A stretch of 56,482 nt of DNA, counting the filler, from Dugesia japonica (lineage: Eukaryota), in the NCBI GenBank assembly GCA_001938525.1. It is 5 parts of 5 records of this genome, joined end to end, with 100 filler letters (N's around TTAATTAATTAA, not from the genome) between each part and the next. Parts side by side here need not be neighbours in the genome. Positions count along the whole stretch, not along the records: positions 1 to 12,003 come from MQRL01343073.1; positions 12,104 to 24,593 come from MQRL01641804.1; 3 more parts are not named here. One strand, written 5' to 3'. Within the stretch, counting starts at the first letter, position 1. Each line of letters opens with the position of its first letter. Shown here piece by piece: positions 10,054 to 21,640 of the stretch. The notes beneath the pieces were generated by a model. That model ran no database searches. It had not been told where the DNA came from and saw nothing but the letters and a program-made list of their open reading frames with translations. Both the position numbers and the translations under genes were made by a program.

Positions 10054-11940
10054 TACTAGGATTTTAACGAAATTAAAAAGATGTAATTTCTGTAGGTGCA
10101 CCCTCGTGAAAACCACAAGCATTTTAACGTCGTGTGTCCCTTACATGCTCTCGGCTTGGTTCCAGTGACTCCTTTTTACAGGAGAGTTGTAATCGCTCCT
10201 TTAGTTTGGGTCCAGCAGACTAGAGTGTTACTCCATCTTAAATAATTTGGAGTTACAATTTCTTTTATGATACTCTTTATCCTTTAACAATTTTTGAATT
10301 TAGAGTAATTGTGATACTGATTTTTGCAAAAAAATGAGAAAGATAGAACACAGATTATTCTCGATTTTATAATTAATAACTTATTTATTTAATTATTTAT
10401 TTATTTTGACACTCATTATGTTTTACATAAAATTTGAGTTTTATACATCTCATAAAAACCAGTCAAAATGTTCAATGGCGTTGTCTATAATAATGATTTT
10501 ATTTAACCTTAGTTCATCATAGCGTGCAATTCGCAGAAAATTCATTTATTTTTCTTTCTCATTCGTGTGATTTTATTTACTTTTAATTGTTTAGGGTTGA
10601 TTTAAATGCAAAGTCGCTATTTTATGATGCCATGGGGTGTAATTAAGCCGATATATTCCTTTCTAATAAAGTTTTTATATAACAACTGATAATTCATCAA
10701 ACTTTAAAGAAAAACTAGTAAACAACATTTTAATTCAAAATTTATTTACAAATCCAAAATATTTATTTATACACAATTCTATCTTGACATTTTTCGGCTG
10801 CTTTAATAATTTCCTTGGATTTGTTTTCGTTATAAATGTTTTTCTATTATCACTTTTATCGATTTCGGATACACTTTCTACTGTGAGATCATTCGCATTA
10901 ATTACTAGAATTTCATCTTTGACATCAATTAAATCTTTACTTTTCAATTATCATTTTATTTATTAAAGATATTTATAATCGTAATAAAATAATTTAAATA
11001 CATAATATGAAAATCATTACAAATTTGTTGTCGAAAACTGAATTTGTATCGATTTATTCTGATCCTTAGCTTTAATCAAGACATAGAATATAAATTTAAA
11101 TTTTGATTGAATTTTTAATTTTTAATGAGATTTTATCAACTCCCAAGTTAGACAATTTTAATTAATTAATTATTAATCTAATTTTCAATTTACAATAGAA
11201 TAAATACTTCTATCCCTTTCTTTCGTTGATTAATTTTCCTTTTAGTAATAATTTTTTTTTTGATTTAATTTCCACCGACAGAATGTACCCTCTTTTCAAA
11301 ATATATTTCTTTTCATCTTTTTTATTTCCTCAAAATATAATTTTGCAATCAATGGATATCTTTTTTATATTTTCAAAATATAATTTTGTGAATGCATCGC
11401 TCGATTTTATATCGAGTCGATGCTAACACACCGTGCACACCAAAACAAAAAAAACAAACACTGATTGAGGTAATCACGTGGCTTTTTTCCAGGTTATGTC
11501 GAACAAAAATATTATTATTTTGTTTTTTTAATTTTTGCCAAATCTAGACTATGAGAAAACTATCTCATTATTCTAGATGCAGGCCAAGGAGAAACTCGTT
11601 TCAGCAAAAATAAAAAAAATAATTTATTGATTATTATATTTATTTTTATTATATGTTATTGTTGTTTATATATATTATTATAATAAAATGTTATAATTAA
11701 ATCTTATAATAAATTTATATATCTAAATAAAATAAATACAAATCTAAATATTCTTAAAAATAATTATAATAATGATTAAATTACTACTACATGTAATAAT
11801 ATAACTCATCAAACAATTTTTGTTTTTCAAGCTCATTCCAAAACTAATAAATCTGTACAACCATAACTCAAAATCATCACACACTTTCATACCTTTATCT
11901 CCTTGACCTTCTCAATTTAATAAATACTGGTGTTCTAGCA
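10054..11940 (-). repeat. 5' LTR (~1.89 kb) of the large element
   Basis: Short terminal inverted repeat on the + strand TACTAG(10054)...CTAGCA(11940). Bounded by the PBS on one side and (ATT)n on the other. Contains a candidate promoter. Confidence 0.62.
11394..11480 (-). promoter_or_regulatory. Candidate LTR promoter: TATAAAA (11411-11405) in the loop of a hairpin, with upstream CAAT-like motif and CACGTG E-box
   Basis: GCATCGCTCGAT-TTTAT-ATCGAGTCGATGC hairpin; minus-strand CTCAATCAG at 11461-11469; CACGTG at 11475-11480. Orientation matches the element. Confidence 0.4.
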
Positions 11941-11943
11941 CAA

Positions 11944-11944
<1 letters not shown>

Positions 11945-12003
<59 letters not shown>
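11945..12003. repeat. (ATT)n microsatellite
   Basis: Direct read; abuts the 5' LTR in the same contig. Confidence 0.97.
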
Positions 12004-12103
12004 NNNNNNNNNNNNNNNNNNNNNNNNNNNNNNNNNNNNNNNNNNNNTTAATTAATTAANNNNNNNNNNNNNNNNNNNNNNNNNNNNNNNNNNNNNNNNN
12101 NNN
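12004..12103. other. Artificial contig spacer 44N-TTAATTAATTAA-44N (also 24594-24693, 37335-37434, 46775-46874)
   Basis: Identical 100-bp structure four times; TTAATTAATTAA gives stops in all six frames. Confidence 0.95.
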
Positions 12104-12369
12104 TTGGGGTATGAGGATAGGGGTATGGAAAATCTGAAAAAATGATGTTAACGCATAAGGTATGTATGGCTGAGTATAACTGTTAGTACTAATCAACCAT
12201 AATAAGAATAATAAAAAGAATAATTATAAAAGAAATTGTTAGATATAATATTTAAACATATTTGTTTAAATATTATTGATTTATTTAATTTGAATAAACT
12301 TTGAAAATGTCTAATTTTGAAATACAAAATCTAACTGAAATATATAAAATTTTTAAAATATGACATGTT

Positions 12370-15300
12370 TGAAAGCGTTTGGATCCACTGTCTACTAGAT
12401 ACTGACGCAGGAATAAATATCTTAAACGAGAAATGTTTGAAAGAGTTGGGACAAAAACGCATGAATAAGAGTGATTTAAGATTACGCTGCGCAAATAATA
12501 ATTCACTGAAAACGTTAGGGAATGTATCGCTGAAGGTACAATAAGAAAATAGAACAAGACAACTAACCTTAAGAGGTGATGCCAGAAATGATTACGGAGA
12601 TGGAATTTTTAAATAGTTTTGTGTTCAAACCGACCAACAATAACAAGGACGACCAAGAAAAGGAGGAAAACCGTTATGTGTTATTTAGAGACAAGATTTA
12701 AGAGACAAGTGAATTCAGAAGAACCATGGCAGAGAGCAAGCAATACCATTGAGGGGGGAAAAGATAGTCATCCAAAAGAAATATGCAAACAAATGCGGGA
12801 GGCTTTTATGGCGGATAAATATGATATATACCGGACAAATTTAATCAAACATAAGATAAATACAACAGGAGGACCTATCAACGTAAGACCATACAGGCAA
12901 CCGATGAATTTGGAAAAGAAAATAAATGAAACCAAAGAGAATCTTTTTGAAAACGGAATAATTTGAAAATGCAATTCACAGTGGAACACACCATTGGTAT
13001 AAGTGTGGAAAAAGAGAAAAAAGATATCAGGTTATGGGTGGATTTCAGGAGGATAAACGTTATAACGGAAAGACAGGCATTCCCGATGCCAAATATTGAG
13101 GAGATGTTGGACGTGTTGAGCGAAGCGACACTTTTTAGTTCAATTGACTTAGGGAATGCATATTATCAAGTAGAACTCGAGGAAGAATCCCAAGAGAAAA
13201 TAGCTTTTTCAACCNNNNNNNNNNNNNNNNNNNNNNNNNNNNNNNNNNNNNNNNNNNNNNNNNNNNNNNNNNNNNNNNNNNNNNNNNNNNTGAAAGTGAC
13301 AAGAGGAATACAAGAAGCAATAGCATACCTGGACGATATATTGATCTTTTCGAAGTCGAAAGAAGAACACTACGGCATATTAGGAAATATACTAGATTGA
13401 GTGATAGAAGCAAAGCTTAGAATTAACCGGGGAAAAGGCAATTTTATGAAAAGGGAAATAAAGTTTTTAGGACATATAATTGAGAAAAGCAGGATACAAA
13501 CAGATCCAATCAAGATTGAGGCCATTAAAGCGTTTGGCGAACCAAAATGCGTGAAACAATTATGTAGCTTTCTAGGAATATGTAATTATTACAGCAAAGT
13601 CGTCAAGGACTATAAAGCATATGATAAATAGCGATATTGGTAATAATTAAATAGTAAAATTGAAGATCCATTCATAAANAGTAGTCANTAATGAATCATC
13701 ATTCGCAATAACTATTGATTTTGTTAGAGAAAACATTAATAAAAATGATAATAACAACAATCAAAAGATTGAGGCCATTAAAGCGTATGGTTTTAACGTA
13801 GCTTTCTAGAAATAAGTAATTATTACAGAAAATTTATCAAGGACTATTCGTTGAAGGTAAGGAAGCTGGAGTAATTATGCAGTGAGGCAAGGAAAACAAA
13901 GCTGATTTGGTCGGTGGATTTATCGGAAGTTTTTGAAGGGTTAAAGACGGCATTAACATCATCACCAGTGTTAAGATTCCTCGACATGAAATGAGAATTC
14001 ATCGTGGACATAGATGAAAAGTTCAACACAATAGGGGTAGTCTTGTCACAAAAAGATGACAGAGGTAAGGAAAAAGTAATTACATACGAGTTGCATGCAA
14101 TGTCCAGACATGAAACGAGGTATTGCATAACCAGGAAAGAATTATTAGATTTCTATTACTTCTGCGTACACTTCAAACCCTATTTATATGGAAAACGGTT
14201 TACGCTAAGGACAGACCACAAGGCGATCACTTATATGCTTAGCATTAAGAAGCTGATAATGAGCCAATTCCAAACATGGATTAACTTTCTAAGCATTCTG
14301 GATTTCAAATTGGAGTATAGTAAGGGGACACAGAACAGAAACGCGGACACTTTGAGCAGGTTACAGTGTGATAGATGCACCTAATGTTAGATGGAACACG
14401 TAGACTCCAAATCAGAAAATCCTAAAACAAGACTGTTATTAGAACAGGACTATGTGGCGGAAATCAAAACGACTGATAAAACGTGACTAAAGGATGAGGA
14501 GATCGATCAGAAAATCCGGGAGATCCATAAATCTTTGTGCCACACAGAAGCGGAAAAACAGAGGGTTACATAAACGCCAGATTCGCGGAATACAAGTTAA
14601 GAGCAAGGAGAGAAAATTAATAAGAACATGTGTAGGGTACCAGAAAGTAAAAACAGATACGTCGAAGACTAAAGAAGAAACATATTGGTCGGAAAGGTAT
14701 CAACCTTCCGAAGTAGTATTTGTGGACGTTTGTGATTCGTTAAGGGTAACAGAAGGAGGCAAGAAATATATATTGGGAATTATTGACCAGTGTACAAAAT
14801 ACATAAGGCTATTGCTATAAGTAGGCAAGATCAGGTAACAATAAGGGAAAACTTATGGGAGGAGTGGATCCTAAAATTCGGATGTCCAAGAGTGATGAGA
14901 TCGGATTGCAGCAAAGTATTTGAGGCTGAACAGATGAGAGAGTTCGCAAAAAGCTTAGATATAATGTGGAAGATGTCGAGCCCATACCATCACAAAACCA
15001 ATGGACAGATAGAGCGCATATTCCAAACGGTACGAGAACTAATAAAGACTATAATACGAGAGAGAAGAACAGCAAAATGGGCTAAATTGGTGTCAGAAAT
15101 TGAATTTGCATTGAATGCAACTAAACAAAGGACAAAACAAATCAGTCCGACAGAGAAGACATTCGGACGACAGATTAGTAGAGAAGGATGGAGGGGAGAA
15201 AGACAAAAAGACAATACATGGGGGACAAGAGATGATCGGAAAGATAAAGCCAGGATGAGGAGACCATTTGGAGTGGGTGACGAAGTACTCACACAGAAAG

Positions 15301-15610
15301 AAATAAGAGACAAAGGACAAGACCGATTCGAGGGACCATACAAGGTAGGGAGACGAGTGCATGAGAGGCAATATATATTGGTGGGACAGGATGGGCGTAA
15401 AATAACGTGAAACGTGGAGAAACTTAGATCGTTCATAAAGAAAAGGGATGTGAGGAAAAGTTAAAATTTTATCTAAAAATTAACGTTTGTTTTAAACATT
15501 GAAAAATAGAAAAAGTAAGGTGGAAGTAAAATTTAAAAGTTGTAAGTAGTTAAAACTTACTGAATTGTTGAATTACTTAATTTCTTCGATATTTTTATTT
15601 TGAGACATTG
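12370..15610 (+). mobile_element. pol: Ty3/gypsy pol pseudogene (PR-RT-RH-IN) with PPT and start of 3' LTR; gag missing
   Basis: PR LLDTDAGINIL. RT LWVDFRRIN, SSIDLGNAYYQV, AYLDDILIFS. RH RFTLRTDHKA, NADTLSR. IN SSPYHHKTNGQIER, FEGPYKV. PPT AAGAAAAGGGATG then TGAGGAAA at 15451. Confidence 0.92.
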
Positions 15611-15989
15611 TGGACCTGATTGATTTATTTATTTTGTGATAATTATTACTGTTTGAATTCTTGTGTGGAAGCTTGTTATTATCCGTTACGTGAGTATCTT
15701 TTTGGTATTTGTCAATATTGTNTTTTCTATATTAGTTGTGTAATATTGCTTAAATATTTGGAATATAATTATTCTAATTTATTGTTTATTATTGTCTTTA
15801 TTTATTTAGAATTATTAGTTAATTTAAATAATAATAAATTAAATAATAAAGTAATTAGTAAGTGAACTTATATTATTTTAACTTTTCCTTAATATTATAT
15901 TATTATTTTAAATATATCAACATTGCCATTATCCTCTAACAATAGTGATGTTTTTACATATTATGTAATAATAATAAATTACCTACATG

Positions 15990-16308
15990 CCAAATAATAA
16001 TAAATAGGAGTCAGAATAATATTTTTTTAGACATTTAGCCCACTAGGAATCTAACATATACATAATAATAATACTAACCTNNNNNNNNNNNNNNNNNNNN
16101 NNNNNNNNNNNNNNNNNNNNNNNNNNNNNNNNNNNNNNNNATTAATTGTTAATTTATATTTTTACTAAATTATTATTTTATTAACATTTTCATTGGCCAA
16201 TCCTTATCCTAAAAATTCAATTCCTGACGAAGATAAAGTCGAAATATCGAAATCATCTCATAAAACTAAAAAAAAATTCTGATCGAAGCTTTTATTTTAA
16301 ATAAATTC
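15990..16308 (+). mobile_element. Penelope-like element terminal (pLTR) remnant
   Basis: Shares CCCACTA(G/A)GAATCTAACAT, a hammerhead core and GATC(G/A)AAGCTTTTAT with the copies at ~21.0 kb and (core plus last motif) ~47.7 kb. Confidence 0.65.
16218..16254 (+). ncRNA. Minimal type I hammerhead ribozyme motif (degenerate stems)
   Basis: CAATTC-CTGACGA-AGATAAAGTC-GAAA-TATC-GAAATC. Confidence 0.6.
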
Positions 16309-16749
16309 TGTCGGGTGAGCACCACGCGTTGTGTGCATTTTCTTAAAATTATGTGTCGGGTGAGCACTGCACTTTGTGTAGAAGAGCAGACATATGGAGA
16401 AAATCTATGAGACCGATTCAGCATCGGTACTCATATGTATGAAACAATTTTGTGTATGGAATATGAGTTTCATATATAATTCATAAAATATATTACGTAN
16501 NNNNNNNNNNNNNNNNNNNNNNNNNNNNNNNNNNNNNNNNNNNNNNNNNNNNNNNNNNNNNNNNNNNNNNNNNNNNNNNNNNNNNNNNNNNNNNNNNNNN
16601 NNNNNNNNNNNNNNNNNNNNNNNNNNNNNNNNNNNNNNNNNNNNNNNNNNNNNNNNNNNNNNNNNNNNNNNNNNNNNNNNNNNNNNNNNNNNNNNNNNNN
16701 NNNNNNNNNTAATTAAATCATTTGATAAGGAAATAAATTTCCTTAATTA

Positions 16750-16951
16750 TAAGGAAATAATTATGAAGAATTTCAACAAATAGAAATTGGCTAAAATTAT
16801 TTTAATTAATTATTTGTTTCAGTTCGACAATGTTTTATTAAATGTTTTTATTTGTTCATTGTGAATAGTTGTGATTTAAAAATTAAATTATCTTTAGAAG
16901 ATATATCTAACATATTGGCAGCGGTGGGATTCGAACCCACAATCTTTCGAA
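16750..16951 (+). mobile_element. Orphan gypsy LTR (~16750-16912) followed by an extended tRNA-Leu complement (16916-16940+)
   Basis: Ends GATATATCTAACA (sense LTR end of the 56-kb element is GATATACCTAACA) and starts TAAGGAAATAATTAT (cf. TGAGGAAATAATTAT). Followed by TGGCAGCGGTGGGATTCGAACCCAC, the reverse complement of the tRNA-Leu acceptor/T arm. Confidence 0.6.
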
Positions 16952-17439
16952 TTTTTTCTAAATAAAAATTGACGTTTAAGGGTAAATAAATATTGCCTAG
17001 CTTTCTTATTGATAATTATTAAAATTTCAATAATAATCACTCGGGAATAATGGGTAAAAAAGTAAAATAACTGTAAATGAAAAAATATCGAAAAACTAAA
17101 ATTTCATCTGAAAATACTCTATAGAATGATGGATATATATTTCAAGGTTTTCTATTAGATTTATATTAAAATATCCTATAAAAACATTTACTCTATTTTA
17201 ACAGTTTAAATTACGTATCGAATTATTACACTCATACAGCCAAACACTCAAACTGCTAATGTTCATTTTCATATAAAATAATATATTACTGGTTTGTTAG
17301 AGTAGTAAGTAGTTTAAAACTTAATAAAATAGAATAAATATAAAAAATATTATACTATGAATTAAAGTACTTCTTAAAATAGAAATAATATTATTTGCAA
17401 ATAATTAATCAACAAAAATACATTCAATATTTAATTTTT

Positions 17440-20400
17440 TACAAAATGTCATGACATCTAATCATAAATCCTCTGACTACAACATCATCAGAAAACGAAA
17501 GAGGATTTTAAAATCATAAAAAACAAAGAATCATACAAATGTTTAAAGCTTGATTCATTCGGAGTGTGCCAACTGCCAAAACAACCAACGATAAATGTAT
17601 TAAGTTTTACCTTCCAAGTTAGTAGCAGTTTCTGAAGTTTGAGACGAAAACCCACATATTTCTCTAGATTTCTTTTATAAACTGAATTAAAATTTGTTTG
17701 AAAGGCACATTGAGTTTTGATATCTATTAGTTAAAGTTCTTTGAATGGTTTGATTTCAATTTGCAGGTCTACTCGTAGTTAGGTCGACTATAGAGAGCTG
17801 CGCCTGTCTTTCAATAGCAGTCTGTTTGAATGTTCAACACAGTTCTAATTATAACGATTTAAAGGACTGTGTTGTGTCCATTGATTATTGGATCTGTATT
17901 TGCTGGACAATGACACAGAACTTGGCATTGGATTTCAAGAGGTTCGTGAAATTTACGACAGTTCATGTTTTTTACTTTATTATTGAATTGGAATTTTACC
18001 GGCAACATAGTTGTACGCACGTGCGAATAAAATTGGACTTTGATTTGACCAGAATATGAAATTGTTGATTTGATATATTTTATGGAGATGAAGGNNNNNN
18101 NNNNNNNNNNNNNNNNNNNNNNNNNNNNNNNNNNNNNNNNNNNNTTTTCAGTCTCTGAGTCAAATTTGACACAGATTCCCATTTCATTAGTTAAGAAGCA
18201 AATGTTGATATTGCAGACTTTGTACCGATAGGTGATACTGCTGCGGGTTTTAATTCACTTGAAAATTTCCTCTATAGGTTTGGTAGCTTTAGATGTTCTT
18301 TGCGGCTTTTTCAGCGCTGTAAAGAGTTAAGTCTGTTGCAATTTGATCTCCGCAATTCAGGCATATAAAGGTAGCGTAGTTTGATTTGGCTTTTAGTAAA
18401 TTTGAATTTGAGAAAGTAGGTAGAGATTCTCAGATTTTCTTGATAAGTCTTCTAATTTCAGGATCTAAGCCAAGTTTAAATACTAATTACCATGTACTTT
18501 TGGTGTCATGTGTTTTGAATACCCGATTTGTAATATTATAAATCTTAAAGAAGAACATTCAGGCAAAGATGAATGATAATCATGTATGCCTAACTCTTTT
18601 GCCATGGCAGGAGTATTGATTCTCTGAATTCTTTAAAATATTTGATTGATTTTTTGAACAGAGAAACTGGAGTCAGCTTGGGCTTCTTACCAAAAGTGAC
18701 ACCTAGATAATGGTAGGTGTCAAGGTATGAAATGTTTCGAATTTAGATATCATTGATGTGGATATAGTTGCTGCCTATCAAGTGTGTCGTTTGATAGCCA
18801 AATTTAGAAGGATTGAAAGATAAACCACTACAGGATGCCCAGTAGGAAGCAGTGTTTCCCATTAATTGAATTTATTTNTGATTTTCCGAAATCAAAACTA
18901 TGTCGTCAGAATAAATAACAGTCAGGATGCAATGCTGAGCAATTTGGAAACAAGCTCGATTTATTAGATTTCATTGTTTGAGAACAGTGTTGAGAACAAT
19001 GTTGAAAAATAAGAATAAAGAATTGGTACCTCTATCTGACCCGTCTCAAGACTGAAATGAATGCAGTTGTAGCAAATTTGCAGATATAAAGTGAAGAGCA
19101 GTTGTGATAGATTGATTGGAAAAGGTTTGTGGATTGACTGCCCATACCTATTAGATGAAGGAGATCAGTGATGTGAGAAGTTGGTGTATAACCAAAGGTA
19201 TTGAAAATTTCAAGGTAGGCCAGATAAACCTCATTGGCAGAATTGCTTTATAAGTTTTCAAAGAGTGCTAGAAGAATGCTGTTGTGCTTTATACAACCTC
19301 GACTACTTCAGTTTCCTTCTGAAGTAGATGTATGAGCATATTGTCACTGACACATTCATTCTGCTTTGTAAGACAAGCCATAAATGTTTTGTATAGAAAT
19401 AAAAGCAGCGCAATAGGACGCCATACTGAAATCTTAACAAACAAAAAGTCACAATCTACCAATTGCTGAATAATTATTATATGAAAAGACGAAAGAAATA
19501 ATACCAGTTAGGTATATGCAAAAATGTAGAAAAGAAATTCTATAATTCATTTATAACTGCTCAGCTCATGCACTAAATATTCAATTGACTAACTATCAAA
19601 CGAGACTATTAGAAAGCAAAATTCATTAGTTTTCAAGAATTTTCAGAAAAAATCAAAATGGATAATGATGATGAAGAGCTTAATTTGTTTTGTAATTCTT
19701 TAAAACAATAGGATCATTTAAATAACAATATAAACTTGGAGGATTATATCACCGTTAATTAGGAATTAGTTACCAATGGTGTTATACCATTAAAAGAAAT
19801 TTTAGCATCGGTAATCTATTATAAAGATGATAATAGAGAATAAGGTACTGAAGTGCCCAACAAATTCAAACCAACAAAAGTTTTAAATCCAGATGCTTGC
19901 CAAGCCTGTAGTATTGTACGTAGCTATTTGGAAAATAATAAGGATGATTTCACAATGTGAAAATATGCTAAAAAATTGCTGATACCAAAGCATCGTTTAA
20001 AAAATTGAAACGAAAGGTTTATTTGATGACCAGGTTAAATAATTGAATCAAATTTTTTTAAATATAATTATTATGTTCGTTTCTTCGTTAACAAATTTTA
20101 ATTTTTATATTGCAATGATTTACAATTTATTTCGAAACTATATGTTGTTGGATGTGTATTTTTCGCAAAACCATTTATTGTTTAAAGATTTCTAAAACCT
20201 CATTCTTTATGCAAAACTGGCTCTGATATTTTTAACACTCTAAAACTGACCACTCATTTATTAACCCTTCATTTGTTTCATATATTCACCAATTAAACTA
20301 TGGGCCTCTCTTTTAAAGTCTGAAAACCAAACATTGTGTATATAATTACAAAATTTTAATTAAATATGGTCAAATTTCAATATAGCGGCACCCTGAAAAT

Positions 20401-20452
20401 AACTACAAATGGGCCAAATCCACTTGGGTATCGCTATATAGAGGTTTGACTA
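17440..20452 (+). mobile_element. Decayed Tigger/pogo element split by a non-LTR fragment
   Basis: N-terminus RKRKRIL..KQRIIQM (~17490-17540). CENP-B HTH KSHNLPIAE*LLYEKTKEI (~19440). DDE_1-like YNCSAHA..QLTN. Right TIR TCGCTATATAGAGGTTTGACTA-TA at 20431-20454. Confidence 0.62.
17535..19435 (-). mobile_element. Internal fragment of an RLE (R2-superfamily; NeSL/Utopia-like) non-LTR retrotransposon: RT, CCHC, restriction-like endonuclease
   Basis: RT WRPIALLLFLYKTF, CIKHNSILL, VYLAYLEIFNTFG, YLGVTF. Degenerate CCHC/RHN NCRKFHEPLEIQCQVLCHC...INGHNTVL. RLE LRVDLQI..LIDIK..RNLEKY..FIVGCFGSWH..NE. Confidence 0.85.
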
Positions 20453-20869
20453 TATGTTTGTAAATATATAGTGGTGTACTGTATCACCCCTTCCCCCACT
20501 GGCAAAGTGATACAGAATTTCGTTGATACCGTAGCCTGAAATTTAATTGGTCGNCATATTTAAATTGAAAACCTGCGGTGATATGGTATCATGCCATCTG
20601 ATTGGCTGTCAGAATTTTTAGTTTAAATATAAAATGTTTTGGCTAACTACCCCTTAAAAAATTCAAGGGTCCCTAAAGAACCAAACAACTTGGTTAAAAA
20701 TAACAAGTTTGTCTTTAATAATAACAATTTACCCCCCACCCACACCTTGCATTTTACGGCTATAGAATGTAGTTGAATAACTTTCAAAAAATCTAAAATA
20801 TAAACAAAAAAATCTGACGGCTTTATCCGATTGCAGGATACTGTAATATCGAAATTCTTTATAATTTTA

Positions 20870-21270
20870 CCGGCTGGGGAAGTGATGCTCTACAATCCAC
20901 TTATTTTTCTATTTATTAATCATAATAATAAATTAATTAATCACCTACAAGCCCATTATTTTTGGTTCAGATAATTTCATCAATAAAAGTTAGATTTTTT
21001 TCCCACTAAGAATCTAACATTTTAATTTATTTCACTTTATAAATTAATACTTCCATAGTAATGTTTTGAATTGAAAAGTCAATTCCTGACGAAGGCAAGG
21101 TCGAAATATAGAATTGTTATTCAATATCACTAAAAAAACCAAAATTTTGATCAAAGCTTTTATATTAAATGAATTCTATAAAACGATCAATGGTTATGTC
21201 CAAGAATTATTCTCGCAATAATTGCAATTGTAAAAGTTACATCTAGTTAACAAAACAAATATAATTTTGA
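20870..21270 (+). mobile_element. Penelope-like element terminal (pLTR) remnant
   Basis: Homologous to 16.0-16.3 kb, 47.6-47.7 kb and (inverted) 48415-48570; contains an intact hammerhead core. Confidence 0.7.
21080..21116 (+). ncRNA. Minimal type I hammerhead ribozyme
   Basis: CAATTC-CTGACGA-A-GGC(AAG)GTC-GAAA-TATA-GAATTG: perfect 6-bp stem I, 3-bp stem II, palindromic ATAT stem III, UA cleavage site. Confidence 0.8.
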
Positions 21271-21640
21271 AATTANAAAATAAAAATAAATAAATAATAT
21301 CGCAAAAATAATAATAAATAATATACATAAATATACAAAATAATAAATAATAAACGTAAATAATAAATAACATTTATAAATAAACAGTTTTATTTATTAA
21401 CCAAACAAAACCGATTTTGTATAGTCTTGAAGAAAAATCAACAACCAATAATTGCTCTAAACAGCTATTAAACAACAAAATAATCAATAATTTCCACCTG
21501 ACTATGAATTTATATTACAGAACATGTAAATATTAACTATACAATTTTCAAATTAAAATTAATTGTTTTATTAGAAAGAAANNNNNNNNNNNNNNNNNNN
21601 NNNNNNNNNNNNNNNNNNNNNNNNNNNNAAAGAAAGAAGA

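Larger units (their letters stand above)
69..11940 (-). mobile_element. Large Ty3/gypsy-derived LTR element lacking a detectable pol (5'LTR-PBS-long leader-Gag polyprotein with Ubl domains-PPT-3'LTR start)
   Basis: 5' LTR 11940->10054 with termini TGCTAG...CTAGTA (CA mutated). PBS at 10050-10032. Gag capsid and Zn knuckles. PPT GAGGGGAGGAGGGGG at 113-99, then TGCCAGGACGCAAATATCTATC, which matches the 5' LTR start TGCTAGAACACCAGTATTTATT at 15/22 with mismatches almost all transitions. Confidence 0.72.

Noticed and set aside
10735-10947. 70-aa ORF inside the LTR
   Set aside because: Non-ATG start, no recognisable motif, length expected by chance on an A-rich strand.
12048-12059. Recurrent TTAATTAATTAA palindrome (4 copies)
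   Set aside because: Always centred in 44N+44N; an assembly spacer, not biology.
12104-12260. Possible LTR starting TGAGG at 12112
   Set aside because: Does not align convincingly with the 3' LTR at 15451 and no PBS follows.
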